Shown: positions 23,901 to 36,064 of the stretch, in pieces
How the letters are laid out: every line of letters starts with the position of its first letter
Numbering within the stretch: position 1 is the stretch's first letter
Origin: Fonticula alba ATCC 38817
Lineage: Eukaryota; Protista; Nucleariida
DNA: 64,000 bases
Strand: one strand, 5' to 3'
NCBI GenBank assembly: GCA_000388065.2
Contig: KB932203.1
Position numbers and translations under genes: made by a program
Notes under the pieces: model-generated
What the model was told of the DNA's origin: nothing
The model's database searches: none
The model's input: only the letters and a program-made list of their open reading frames with translations

Positions 23901-25767
23901 CAGGAGCCGAGCCGGAAGCAGGAGCCGAGGCAGACCCCGTCGAGGCGATGTCATACTCGTCTTCGACGAGGAAACGAGCCTGGCGCATGGTGCCGACACT
24001 CTGGCCACCTGGGGAAGGTGGAAGAGTGACACCTGGTGGAAGAGTGACGCCCGGCGGAAGGGTAAAGCCCGGTGGGAGAGTGACACCCGGAGGAAGGACA
24101 ATACCATCCAGTGGAATGCTCTCAGGCAGATTGTCGGGCAACAGACCGAGACCCTGTCGAGAAGGTAGACGTTAACATGACCTGGGCGAGGGGAGAGGGA
24201 GAGAGCAGAGCGAGGGGCAGGTGGAACGAGAAGCGGGAAATAGATGGATGCAATCAAGGTGTTTGAGGAGGAGAGAAATACCTGAATGACCGGGTACAAG
24301 TCCATCAGAACATGAATCGGATCGCCGGCGCCCGGGCGCAAACCGAGTGACCGGAGGGTGGAGCCACGAACGTGCGCCTCCCCGGCACCAATCGGCCGGA
24401 ACTTCCAGCCAGCACCAACGGCAATGTCCTGCGAGGGAGGGATGAAGAAGAGGGGAGGGGGAGGAGAAAGAAGACAGCAGATGGAGCATAAGCATCAGGA
24501 AGCCATTGAGAAGAAGTCAAGGAAAGGCGGAGGAGGGGGAGGAGGAAGATGTGCGAGGGCACACGCACCGATTCCAGCTGCGAGTCGATCACCATGACTG
24601 TGGCCTGGACGATTGGGGGGTCGGCCACCGCGGTCGCCGTGACAGAGGCAATGCCACGACGACCGGTCGAAGGCAGCCGCGACTGGCCAGACGCACTGCC
24701 GCTGGATCCCGCCTCGGCCGGGGCACCCACCTGCATGGGGAGGGTCACATTGACAGGGATGTACCACCGGGGAAAGGCGCCAAGGGCACTGTGACCAACG
24801 TAGGGGAGCTGCCATTCGGCCACCGGCTGTCCCGGCGCACCGGGGGGGTACAGCCGAGATGCGATCTCCGTGAAGTTCAGCAAGATGGATTGCTGCGTGG
24901 CATCGACCACCGGGGGGTCGGTGGCGGAAGGGGGCTTGAACCAGGCCGGCGGGCCGACCGTGGTGTCATACCCGGCGAAGTGGTCCCCATTCAATGTGGT
25001 CCGCTGGAGGTCCGGCGCCAGCATCACATCGAACTGGCCGACCTGGTCCTCGGACAGGCGGCTGAAAATGTGCGGAATGCGCGGGAGCACATTCTGGATG
25101 AGGCTGTGACAGGGGCCGAGGGGAGGGCGGGGTCAGATGGAGAGGCGGAGGGAGCAAGAGAGCAAGCCAGCACCGAATGGACGGGGTGCGCACCTGAGGA
25201 AGCAAACGATCAGGAAGACCGTCAGAACACCGATCGACAGGGAACGCGCATCCCGACGCGAATCGCGCATCACATAGATGACAGCCAGCCGCAGCCGGGC
25301 CAGGAAAAGGCGCATGGTTTCCAAGAACGACAGGGAATTGCCCTTGCCCTTTGGTCGCCGGTCTTCACATGGACGGAGAGGCGAAGCACCAGCGCGAACA
25401 AGGCCCAGCAGTCAGACAGTGTGGCCAGGGCAGAGGGGGTGGCCGAGCAAGGAGCACATACCGATAAAGCCCTCCGAGGCAGTGGATGACGCGTCATCAT
25501 CANNNNNNNNNNNNNNNNNNNNNNNNNNNNNNNNNNNNNNNNTCGCCGGTCTTCACATGGACGGAGAGGCGAAGCACCAGCGCGAACAAGGCCCAGCAGT
25601 CAGACAGTGTGGCCAGGGCAGAGGGGGTGGCCGAGCAAGGAGCACATACCGATAAAGCCCTCCGAGGCAGTGGATGACGCGTCATCATCGGAGGAGCCAG
25701 AGACCATGTCGTTGACCTGGTAGCCGCCCTCGCGGCTAGCGCTGCGAGGCAGGACGACGAGCGACAT
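18929..25767 (-). CDS. FtsX/MacB/LolE-like (DUF214) ABC permease with two tandem permease halves
   Basis: Multi-exon gene. Exon 1 (25767-25650, MSLVVLPRSAS...) joins in frame via GTATGT...GAAG to 25362-25194 (RLAVIYVMRDSRRDARSLSIGVLTVFLIVCFL). First FtsX motif: LLLEDVEGKTYEYGMLRTMGM. The second half starts VIKNLVAHRSRNRKTAIMFTMLAAFVIFA, has ANVRENAWEYGVLRAVGL and ends IAPARELSQKEIAVALRGL*. Internal exon boundaries are not all resolved. Confidence 0.82.
23495..24110 (-). repeat. Coding tandem repeats in the permease: 18-nt units encoding (SAPASG)n/(PGSSSN)n and PPG(V/F)TL x4
   Basis: Repeated gagccggaagcaggagcg-type units at ~23495-23935, spanning the N-gap 23601-23680, and ggaagagtgacacc-type units at ~24010-24110. 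ORF 22180..24141 translates them. Confidence 0.9.
25355..25689. repeat. 147-bp exact direct duplication flanking an N-gap (probable assembly artefact)
   Basis: 25355-25501 is identical to 25543-25689, and the copies are separated by the gap 25503-25542. Confidence 0.85.
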
Positions 25768-28700
25768 GGTTGAGGCGACGCACGCGGGTGCCAGATGAAG
25801 TGGCCCAAGCGCGAGAAGGTGAAGGGGCAGGAAAAGAAGAGGTAAGGAGGAGGAGGCCGGCGCGCGTCGGCGTTCAAGGACCCCGGGGGTCTCTTCGCGA
25901 GGGTGTCAAGCGTGCCAACGGCCGGGAGGGGGGGGCAGAGAGAAGAGGAGGGGGGGGAGAAGAGGAGGGGGGGGAGAAGAGGAGGGGGGGAAAGGGGAAG
26001 TAGAGGGAGAAGGCTGCCGCCGCTGATGGTCACTCGAAGACCCTGCAGGGAGCATTTCAACTGGATGCTGCCTGGCTCCTCCGGCTGAACGGAGGCTGCT
26101 CCCCCCATCATCTGGGAGGGGGGGGAGGCCGATCCTTGCGACATGAATGTCTGCAGTGCAGATCGTACCCGCAAACCGCCGGGGAGGAGAGGGGGCCGGG
26201 GGCGGGGGGGGGGGGGGGGGGGGGGGGGGCGGGGGGCGCCCACGGGGGAGGGGGGGGGGGGGGGGCGAAGGGAGCTGCTCGCACAGACGGCAGGGGGCCG
26301 AGAGCAGCTTGCATCGAAAAGCTCGACCCTCGCGGTCCTCCTCCCCCTCCTGGCGGATGGTCCAGGGTCGTGCCAAGGGGGACGACGGGGGGAGGGGCTG
26401 GACGGAGTCGGCCGAGCAAAAGCGCCAGCACAAGCACCTCGACGCGGGGGCTTGTCTGTGGGCGCTGGAAATCGTCGCCGGCCAACTGCCTCCTGGGGCA
26501 GGCGGGCAAGAAGGTGTTTGTTTTCACCCGCGCATGGGCACGGCGATCATCACGGTGCGGGGGGCGTCCGGGAGCCGGGCCCGCCCCGGCAACGCGCCGC
26601 AGGACGGCGTCCATGCGCAAATTACATTTGCCCAGCAGGGGCAAGCGTCGTGAGGCCGGGCGAAGGGCGAAGGCCAGGGGGAAGGGGCGGAGGGCACTAC
26701 GCACCATGAATCATATGCATCGGATCTGGGCCGAAGCCAAAGAACAAGGAAAAGGAATGGGCGGAATGAGGGCGGAATGATGCACAGTCCAGGGGGGCGG
26801 GCGAAGCCGGCCATGCGGCTGTGTGCCCGAAGGACTTTCATGCGCCTTCCCCCGGGTCGGTGCCGGGGCCATCCTCCGCCCACCCACACGGGCGGTGACA
26901 CCTATCTTCCCCCCGCCCCCCCCCCCGCCCTTCACCCCCCAGGCGGGAACGCCGGCACTGGGGGCAGCAGTGCAAGACTCGTCGGTCGCACCCCGGCAAG
27001 TCGAGGGGCCAGCGGGCCCCAACCCGCTCGCTCCGAGCAGGGGTTAAGCGCTGCCGCCTCGGACGAAGCCCGAGGGGGAAGTCCCCTCCCAGGCAGGCCC
27101 CGCCTGTTCGGCCTGGGCGCGCCTGTGTCGCCCTCCCTCGGCAGGAGGGAGGAAGGAGCCTCGGCGGGCATATTGTTAGATTGGAGGGGCCGCAGGTTGA
27201 TTGTTTTCTCTGACAGGACTGCGTTTCCGGGCTGGCCCCCCCCCCTCCCCCCCGCTGGCCCCGGGGGCGCGCCGGCAGAGCCGAGCCCGGACACCCGGCA
27301 GGGGGGCACCGCCCGTCCGGGGGATGCTCCGCACTGCGAACCGGACAAGAAGGGGCTCACGCCAAGGGGCCTCCCGGTCGGGCTCGGGGAAATCTATGTC
27401 CCCGCCCAGCCGGCAGCCCACCCGGATGGGGGGGGGGGGGGAGGCGTCTGGACCGGCCGACCGCCAGCCGGATGCCAATGGATCAGCCCCCCGAGTCAGC
27501 CCAAGTGAGCGCGGTCTTCGGGGATGCGTGGACGTCCTTGCGATGGAGTATCTGGCCTCGGCCCCCCCCCCCCCCCCCCCCTGCGGCCCGAGCCCCCAGA
27601 CGAGACCCAGCAGGAAGGCTCGTCAGTCTCAGTCGTCACAACGGTGCGCAGGGCTTCGGGCGCCCGGGGGGGGGGGCGCGGGACCGAACCCCGAACGACG
27701 ACGGTCCCGGGGTTCGCCACCAGCATGCCGAGATTGCAATCATCTTCGGGAGCGCGGCGAGCGTGGGTAGTGCCGGGGTGTGATCCTCGAAGTGGTGCCA
27801 TTCCAGCAAAAAGGACGTGATCCCTCGGTGTGACATGCGCACATGGCTGCGAACTGGGCCCGGGGCCAGACCGTGCCTCGCCGGCCAGTTGCTGCCCGGT
27901 GGCCACCGCCATTCGCTCCACGGTCATATGGCCGGCCGCCTTAGAGGGCCCCCTCCCCCCCGTTGCCTGGCCCCGAAGGAGCTCCAACGGTACTCGGGCC
28001 GGGACGAGAATGGGGTGGCCAAGGGGGCCGAGGGGGTCACGGCGAGAACATGGGAGGGGCAGGGGGGCAGAGAAAGAACCCGCGAGAGAGCGAGAGAGAG
28101 AGAGAGAGGAGGGAGAGAGACTCGCGTAAGCGGAGCCGCGAAGACGCCCAGCCTTCGCAGGGACAACATCGGCGCGGCCCCTTGTCGCCGCCGCCCTCGT
28201 GTCACGAGAGTGGGCAGAGGGGCCCTCGTTGTTGTTGTTGTTATTATGGGCTCCGCGGCCGTGTCCAGCATCTCCCCTCGCCCCCCCCCCCCCCCCCCGG
28301 CCCCGCCCCCTTCTTGGGCTACGCCCATCAATGTAATATACACCGGAGTTATTATTGGCCCTTTATTTTGACACAGGGGGGGGGGGGGGGGCGCGTGGAG
28401 GGGGGGCGCAGATCTCTCCGCGTGTGCGCACCATTGTCCGTCTCCTCGCGGGGCCAGTCAAGGAGGTTGGCCACGGGTTGCTTTGCTCTGGCGCCTAATT
28501 TCCCTTGGTCGAGGGAACCCGCGCCTGCCCGCCGTGCATCGAACCCACCGGTGCCGGTGGTTGCCTTCTACTGCCTTGCACACAACCCCCTTCCATCGGG
28601 CCTCTCCCCCTCCCTGCCCACACTTGTGCAGGGTGTTCCCGATCGCCCATCCGCTCCGGGGCGCCCCCCGCCACCGGAGTGGGGCGGTGTTTGGGGCGCC

Positions 28701-29268
28701 GGTGTCCAAAGCACGTCTTTCGCCCCCCCCCCCCCCCCCGGGCCGCTCCCGCTCAGGTGAATTTGCCCTTTGAGAGGGGGCTACGAGGATGGCTCGCGCC
28801 AGGGGCGAGGGACCGCGTCGGGTTCTGGGCGGAGAGTCAGGCGACCGTGTGTCTTCCGGCTGGCGGTGTATTTCGCCCGGCCCGGTGTGCTGTCCCTCCA
28901 GCCGGCGCGTCCTTGGTCTCTCGGGCCCGGTTTCCGGTCCGGGTGTTCGTCCAGGTCCGGTAGCACTGGCTTGCGCTCCTCGCGTTGCTCCACATGCCGG
29001 GGACTTTAGATCGCCCGGGCACCACGCCGACGGCGCTCCATGCTCGGTTGCCCCCACCCCTCCACCCACCCAGACGCGCGAAGAAACGTCTTAAGGCTGG
29101 CCCTTGTCCAGCCTCCCGGCCAGGTGTCTGCCAGCCCCCCGATCGAGCCTTGCTGCTGCTCCTTCCCCTCCTCCCTCACCCCTCCCATCGAAGAGATCCT
29201 CCCCTCCCCCTCGGTCGCCCCGTCCAGCCCTCGTCTTGTGCAACTCCCCTCCTCCCCATCTTGCCATC

Positions 29269-31921
29269 ATGTCCGGCCGCACAAACTGGTCACGGCTTGT
29301 GATCACCCTGGCCGCTCTGCTGGGCTGTCTCTTCTGGGCCGCCCCGCGTCCGGGCACTGCCCTTCCCCTGGATGACTATGTACGTGTGTCGGATCAGCTG
29401 CCGCCCTTCTCCCCGTCTGCTGGCACTGTCTCGTGCTCTTTTCTCGACCGATCGACAATCGCCCCCCCCCCCTGCCCGTACATGGACGCATGCGCGCCCT
29501 CCTTGCTGCTCACACATGACCCATCAACCGGCCCCGCTTCCTCCCCCGTCCCCCGCCCCCCTCTTTTCCAGCTCAACAATGGGGATACCACCTACAATTG
29601 GGAAGTGGCCAGCGTCATTCCCCACGCTTCACTTGGCTACAGCCTCTACATGTTGAAGCTCACCTCTCAGACCTGGCTCAACTCCAACATCACTGACACC
29701 CCGGTCTGGGAGCACTGGCTGCGTGTGTACGTGTCCTGTCCGCCCCCCCCCGCGCGCCCCGCGACTGCCCTTGGTCCCTCCCGTGCTTCCTTCCTCACTC
29801 GCTGAGGGAAGGCACCTCCCCCCCCCCTCCTTTTGCCTGTCTGACATGAAGTCCACCCTTCCCCCGCTCTTAAGTGCCGTCCCCAAGAACATCAAGACCG
29901 ACCTGGCTGCCCTGTACATTGGCGGCGGGCGCAACCCCCTGGGCAACCCCCCCGAGGATATGGAGGCCTTCCGTACGTGTCCTGCGCAGTTCCTCCTCCT
30001 CCTCCTCCTCTTCCTCCTCCCCTGCTTCCCCCCCCCCTCCGCTACATATACACATGGTGGCAGTTCATTGACATGTACCTCCTTCCTCCTCTCCCTCCTG
30101 GTCGCAATGTCCCCCTTGTGTCCTCCTGATCAGTCCCCCCGATCGCCGTGGAGAACGGCATGATTGTTGCCGAGCTTAGCCAGGTTCCCAACCAGCCGAT
30201 TATCTTTGCCGATGAGGACTTCGGCCGCTCGGAGGGTATGTTTTCATCTTGCTCCCCAGTTTGTGCCGTTTGCCGGGCCCCTCACCTTCGTCTGTCGTCG
30301 CTCCCTTTCCACTGATCGCCCTCTCCTTCCTCCCCTCCCCCCCCCCTCCCCCGGCCGCGACTTCCTTGCAGACTCCTTCCTGGCCAAGACCTGGAAGATC
30401 TTCATGCGCACCAACGAGCCCTACATTGTCGGGCGCTTCCCCATGGTCAAGGCGGCTGTCCGGGCCATGGACGCCATCCAGGAGTTCGCGGCGCAGCGCG
30501 TGCCGACCGCCCCGAGCGTCGAGCGCTTTGCCGTGGTCGGCGCCTCCAAGCGCGGGTGGGTGAGCTGGCTGACCGGCGCGGTGGACTCGCGTGTTGTGGC
30601 CTCGGCCCCGATCGTCATCGACGTCCTGGACATGTTCAACAACTTCAACAACATTTATCAGACCTACGGCCGCTGGCCACTGGCCCTGAATGATTACACT
30701 GAGGCCAACATCACTCAGTGCCTCAACTGCCCGGCCTTCGAGCGCCTGGCCGACGTCGAGGATCCCCTGGTGTACATCGAGCGGTACAAGGAGCGTGGCG
30801 TGCCGGTCTTCGCCATCAACGCCGTGAGTGACGAGTTCTTCGTGCCGGATGGCTGGAAGTTCTGGTACCCCTTCTATGACGGCGAGAAGTACCTGGCTTA
30901 CCTGCCCAACACCGAGCACTCGCTGGTCGGCCATGTGCGCCAGGTGACGTGCGTGTGCCCCCCCCCCCCTCCCCCTGCATCCCCTGCATCCCCTGTCGCA
31001 ATCTCTTCCTCCGCCTGGGTTCTTCCCTTCACATTGTCCTGACCCATCGTCATGTGCCCGTGTCACTGCCGCCCACCCTCTCCTGCTCCTTTTGCTTCTG
31101 CCCCTTCCCTCCCCCCCCCNNNNNNNNNNNNNNNNNNNNNNNNNNNNNNNNNNNNNNNNNNNNNNNNNNNNNNNNNNNNNNNNNNNNNNNNNNNNNNNNN
31201 NNNNNNNNNNNNNNNNNNNNNNNNNNNNNNNNNNNNNNNNNNNNNNNNNNNNNNNNNNNNNNNNNNNNNNNNNNNNNNNNNNNNNNNNNNNNNNNNNNNN
31301 NNNNNNNNNNNNNNNNNNNNNNNNNNNNNNNNNNNCGTTCCCCCCCCCCCCCCTCGGCGCCCTTTCAGTGAGACCCTCAGCAGCCTCATGCACCTGCTCA
31401 TCTACGGCGGCGAGCGCCCGGTCTATGACTGGTCCCTCGACCCGTCTGGCCAGCAGATTGTCTTCCGTTCGGAGACTCGCCCGGTCTCGGTGAAGCTGTA
31501 CCAGGCCCACAACAAGAAGGACCGGTCCTTCATCCTGAACTGCTACCTCAAGTGCAAGTGGGTGCCCACCGATCTGACGCCGGTCGATCCGGAGCAGAAG
31601 GTCTGGGTGGCCAATGTCGAGCTTCCGGAGACCGGGTACCGTGGGTTCTTCGTGCAGGCCGAGTATGATGTGACTGATGCCACGAGCCTGGTCCCGCGGC
31701 ACCAGGAGGTCACCGGCGCTGGCCCGGCCGGCATTGTTGCCGGCACCACCCTCCCCGGCAGCGACGAGCGCATCTTCACCGTCACCACTGGCGTGTCCAT
31801 CGTTCCGCTGGAGATGCCCCACCCCCCGTGCGGCGTCGAGTGTGACGACTGCGCGGCCTGCTCGCCCAATGGCGAGTTCGCGGATTGGGAGTTCTTCACC
31901 GACCCGGCCCCGGTCTTCTAG
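29269..31921 (+). CDS. pqaA: Secreted PqaA-family (PhoPQ-activated protein / Dictyostelium AprA-like) alpha/beta hydrolase
   Basis: Signal peptide MSGRTNWSRLVITLAALLGCLFWAA. The N-terminal family motifs are LDDY, LKLTSQTW and WEHWL. The core is RFPMVKAAVRAMDAIQEF, FAVVGASKRGWVSWL, DSRVVASAPIVIDVL, EDPLVY, AINAVSDEFFVPD and YLPNTEHSL. Multi-exon, with an N-gap in an intron. Confidence 0.88.
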
Positions 31922-32412
31922 GTGCCCTTTCTCTTTCTCCCCCTCTCTCTCTCTCTCCCTCTCTCTCGCTCCCCCTCCTCTCATCATCCGCTGTCTCCAG
32001 CGCCATTAGGAGCAGGGCCCAACTGCACGTGTGAGTTCGGGCGCGCAAGAGTCGCCGGGCGTGCGTCAGTGTGCATGCATGGCAGCCGCCTTTTCTCCTC
32101 CCTCGTTTAATATACCCTCCTGCTTCCTCTTGCTTGTGTTTTTTTTCGCTCCTCGCCAAGCTGCCCTCCCTTGTCCATGCCATGTGTTTCAAGGCTGTGA
32201 AGGGCGAGAGGCAAGTGATGTCCCAGAAGCCTCCCCCTCTGCATGCAGTGATCTTCTGACCCTCAAGATAAGGCACTTTTTTTTTTGATGAAAGGTGATA
32301 CTCTTCAATGCACAAGGGAGAATGGCCGGGATGCGAGTTTATCCGGAGGGCAGGCAAACGCCAGTCTGTCAGGCAGCGAGCACGCCTGCAGATATTTGAG
32401 GGGATACATCGG

Positions 32413-35400
32413 CTATGATGGGGTCTTCCGTGGAGCGGCCGTGGTGGCAAAGGTCTGTGCGTCGGAGCTACGAGCGGTTTCCGACGTCGACTGGTCGGCC
32501 TCGTCACTCGGGCCCAGGGAGCCGGAGTTGTGCTCATCACCAAGTGCCTCCAGCTCACCGGAGTCGGTCTGGAAATCCAAGATGTTGCCATCTGAGGGTG
32601 GCTCCTCGATGTTCAAGTTCTCATGCAGGTCCAGACGCAGGCGAAGAAGCTTGGACACGGCATTTTGCCGGTACTGCATGAAGGAGGCACGCGGACGATA
32701 ATACTTGAGATAGCCATCCCAGGGGACCGGAACCAAGCCGGCACAGCGGGCAATGAGCTTCTTCACGCGATCCGCGAACATGGTCACCGACTCCTCCGGA
32801 TGGCGGGTCTGCGGCTCGAGGTAGTAGACATCAACCTGTGCGCGGGAGGGAAGGTGAGCCGGGGGTGCCAGTGGGGAAAAGGATAGAAAGAAGACCACAC
32901 GAGAATTCAAGCGACGAGAGAGGGAGAGAGAGAAAGAGAGACAGAGAACGCACAACAAGAGCCCAGCTGGTCATCAGCTTGAAAAGATACCCAAGGAAGG
33001 ACTCCTTCTTGGAATTCCAGAAAGCATCCGCGAAGTCCTTACTGCAAACGTCAAGCACAGGAAAAAAGGGGGGCAGGGCCGAAAGAACAGGACTGTGAGA
33101 CAATTGGATCGCGCGGGAAGGGGAAAAAGAAAAAGGGCAGAGGCAAAGGGGAGAAAAAAAAAAGAACACCAAAGGACGAGGGAGGGCGCACTTGTACTTG
33201 ATGGCAATCGGGCAGACATCGGCGTCAAGCTCGAATGCCTGTCGGGGATGGGGTGGAGAAGGGAGTCAGCACCAGAAGGGGGAGTGTGGGCGGTTTGGCC
33301 ACATAGAGGGTGGTATTGACGTACACCGCGCTTGAACATGACAATGTGCTTGTTGTTGACACATGTGCTGAGCAGGCGGAAGTGGGGGTGGGGATGGGGG
33401 CGAAGGGGGGGTTAATTTTGAGAAGGGAAAAGAAGACCCAGAAAGGGCATGGCCAACGGCAACCAAAGAGGGGGGGGGGGCACGGGCATAAGGTGCACAT
33501 ACCCTTCGGGGAAAATCAGCAGCGGCGACCGGTTGATGTCGTGAGTGTGCTCACGAATCCTACAGAGGAGAAGTGGCCCGCCCCACGCGGCCAGAGAGGG
33601 TAAACGTGTTAGAGGCAAGGAAGCAATAGGCTGCACAGGCTCAAGGCGGTGTTTCAGAACGCACTTCTCCGACACCATCTTGCGGTCCTTGGCCTCCATG
33701 CGGTTGAACCAGAGGCAATCCGTGCCGGCCAGCACGGAATCCTGCAGCCAGCCCACAAAGCCGACGTGGCGCTGCCCAAGCATCGAGTAGATTTGGTCCA
33801 CATTGAGCACGACCACATCGATGAGAGAGGTGTGATTGGCCACGTATACCTGATTGGGCCGGCGAGTTGGAGGCGTGCCATGATACTTGATCACAGCAGA
33901 GAGGGCCATGGAGAAGATGTAGGAAAGCGTCTGAAGACTGCGGCGCTATTGTGTCGCCCCGGGAGGGCCAAGTAGACATGCACATGCGCATGCCCATCCG
34001 TGTGTGAGAGCATGTCGAGCGAGCCGAAGGCCGGGGCGGGGGAGATGAAGGGAGGAGGGAGAATGGGAGAGACATCGTGGAGGGCCATGCGCCGGCACGT
34101 ACCTGCCACTGAATCCGGCGGCGAGGGGAGTTCTGGAAGATCAGCCCGGTGATGCCTCGCAGCAGGAAGAACAGCACAAACGCCGATATCAGAGTAAGGA
34201 CACTGCAACGTGGCAGAGGGAGGGGAGTGGGAGGGAGGGAGGAGATGTAATGTTAGATGTGTATGGGTGCGTGTTGCGGGGTGAGAAAAGTTGAGCGGGG
34301 GAGCAGGGAGGAGCAGAAAGAAGCAGGAAGAGGCAAGAAGAGACAATGAAGGAAGAAGAGGCAGGAGGAGACAATGAAGGAAGAAGAGGCAGGAGGAGAC
34401 ACTGAAGGAAGAGAAGGGACGGCGTACCGCAGTGGGAAGAGCACCACATAGCGCAGAACCACTCCGAGGCAGTACATGATGAAGAGATAAATGTTCCAGT
34501 TCCACCGCCGGGCCTTCTGCGGCACGAAGCACCGGGTGAAGGAATCATTGATGAGACTGGAGCAGCCTTCCCGCATGAGGGTCGAGAAGTCCAAGAAATG
34601 CAGGCCACTACGAGACTCGGTCTGGATGGTGCGCAAAATGTCGTCCAGGAACATTTGATCGAACTTCAGCTGGACATTGTCCTCGTCCACATCGCCGATG
34701 GCCCAGCTGGTGCTCTCGGTGGCCATGCGCCGGGAGAGGGACCGATGCGGGCCGCCTCCCGGCGTCGACTCGCCAAAGAGCTTGGTCACCTTGGCCAGGT
34801 TCAGCTGCGACAGCGGGGTCTTGGTGTGGGGATTGGGATTGCCGGAGTTGTGGGTGCCGCCAGTCGTGGCGCCGGTGTCGGGGTTCATGGGGCCGCGCAT
34901 GCCGGCGGGCGAAGGGGCCAGCGAGCGCGTCGGCGCCGCGACATCGGCCGCCGGCGGGGCACGCGCATCCGGCTCCATGGCAAGGGCCCGGGACGTGCCT
35001 TGGGCATTCAGAGGCCCAGCTGGACCGACACCAGTCCCCAAGGACAGGCCTGACGCCGAGGGAATCGGGCTGGCCAGCCCCGACAGGGCCGAACTATGGG
35101 ACATTGACCGATGGGCGTTCTGCAATGGGGCCAGGGGGGCCAGGTGCGAATTGGCCGTCTGGTGGAAGGTATGCTGGTGCGCCTGCTGGAACTGAACGGT
35201 CTGGTGGGCATGCGGGAAATGATGCTGCGGCTGCTGTGCCGCCAGGGAGGCCAGATTGACGAATGAGTGCGAGTTGGACGGCAGCCGGGCGATGGACTCG
35301 CGCGAGGTGCTCACACTGCCGGCGCCCGAGGAGGCGGTGCCACGGCCATCGGCCGAGCGCTTGGGTGAGCCCGAAGGTCCTCCAGCTGGGCGGGTCGGCC

Positions 35401-36064
35401 GGGAGCTTCCCCCGGTGGCCGAGGCCCCGCCACGGGACCCGGTGGTGGCCGGCGCGGCGGCGGCGGCCGAGGCACTGTCGGCATCAGCATGAGACCCGAC
35501 AGCGGGACTGGTGTCGTTGCTGCCCTCCAGGGAGGAGGGGCTGGCGTCGTCCGGAGTGCCTTCAATGTCCCCAGTGGCCAGGGCCTTGAGCGAGTCGTCG
35601 GACTCCTCGCCGGCATTGCCGGTCTCATCATCGTCATCCATGGCGTTGATGGACCAAATGGTCACTTGCCCGGCGGACCGGGGGCTGCCAACCGCATCCG
35701 GCCGCGGGGACAAAGCCTCCTTCAGGAGAGACGTCGGCGAAAGGGCCGAAATGACGCCGGAGTTGGAGGACACCGGCAGGGGCGTCGTCTCGACCGTCAG
35801 CGAGGGAGGGCCGGCGGCGGGGGCGTCAGCGACAGCCAGTGAGGGGTCGCCATCCGAAGAGGGAGCCGACGAGGGGGGCTGGCTGGGGGTGGCATTGGGG
35901 GCCTCGTCGTCGGCATGCGTGCCGTCGGACGGGCTGGAAAGGGGATCATGCTCCTGGCCGGTCATGATGGCGGCAAGAGGAGGGCTGGCCGGGGAGGGGG
36001 GCGCGTCGGAATCGTCGCTGTGGTTGACCTCTTCGAAGGAGCTGTCCCCGTCGATAGAAGTCAT
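32413..36064 (-). CDS. GPAT3: Glycerol-3-phosphate acyltransferase 3/4 (GPAT9-type, PlsC fold) with a long disordered N-terminus
   Basis: Exon 1 spans 36064-34428 and is followed by several short exons. Motifs are DSFTRCF...RWNWNIYLF, VYVANHTSLID, WFNRMEAKDR, PLLIFPEG(T)CVNN, MFKRG-AFEL, PIAIKY, DAFWNS, LMTSWALV-VDVYYL, FADRVKKLIA and WDGYLKYYRP. Confidence 0.92.
34325..34415. repeat. ~29-bp purine-rich tandem repeat x3 in GPAT intron 1
   Basis: The unit aagaggca(a/g)ga(a/g)gagaca(a/c)tgaaggaag is repeated three times. Confidence 0.75.

Noticed and set aside
23495-24110. Regularly spaced repeats as a possible CRISPR-like array
   Set aside because: They are contiguous in-frame coding repeats without unique spacers, and the context is eukaryotic with no cas genes.
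25355-25689. 147-bp direct repeat as a possible LTR, target-site duplication or exon duplication
   Set aside because: The identical copies abut an N-gap, and collapsing them gives one normal intron with the reading frame preserved. This is typical of an unmerged contig overlap.
26100-29100. Numerous 100-260 aa Gly/Pro/Arg-rich ORFs in the divergent intergenic region
   Set aside because: Their composition is dictated by G/C homopolymers, and I found no domain motifs or consistent exon chain.
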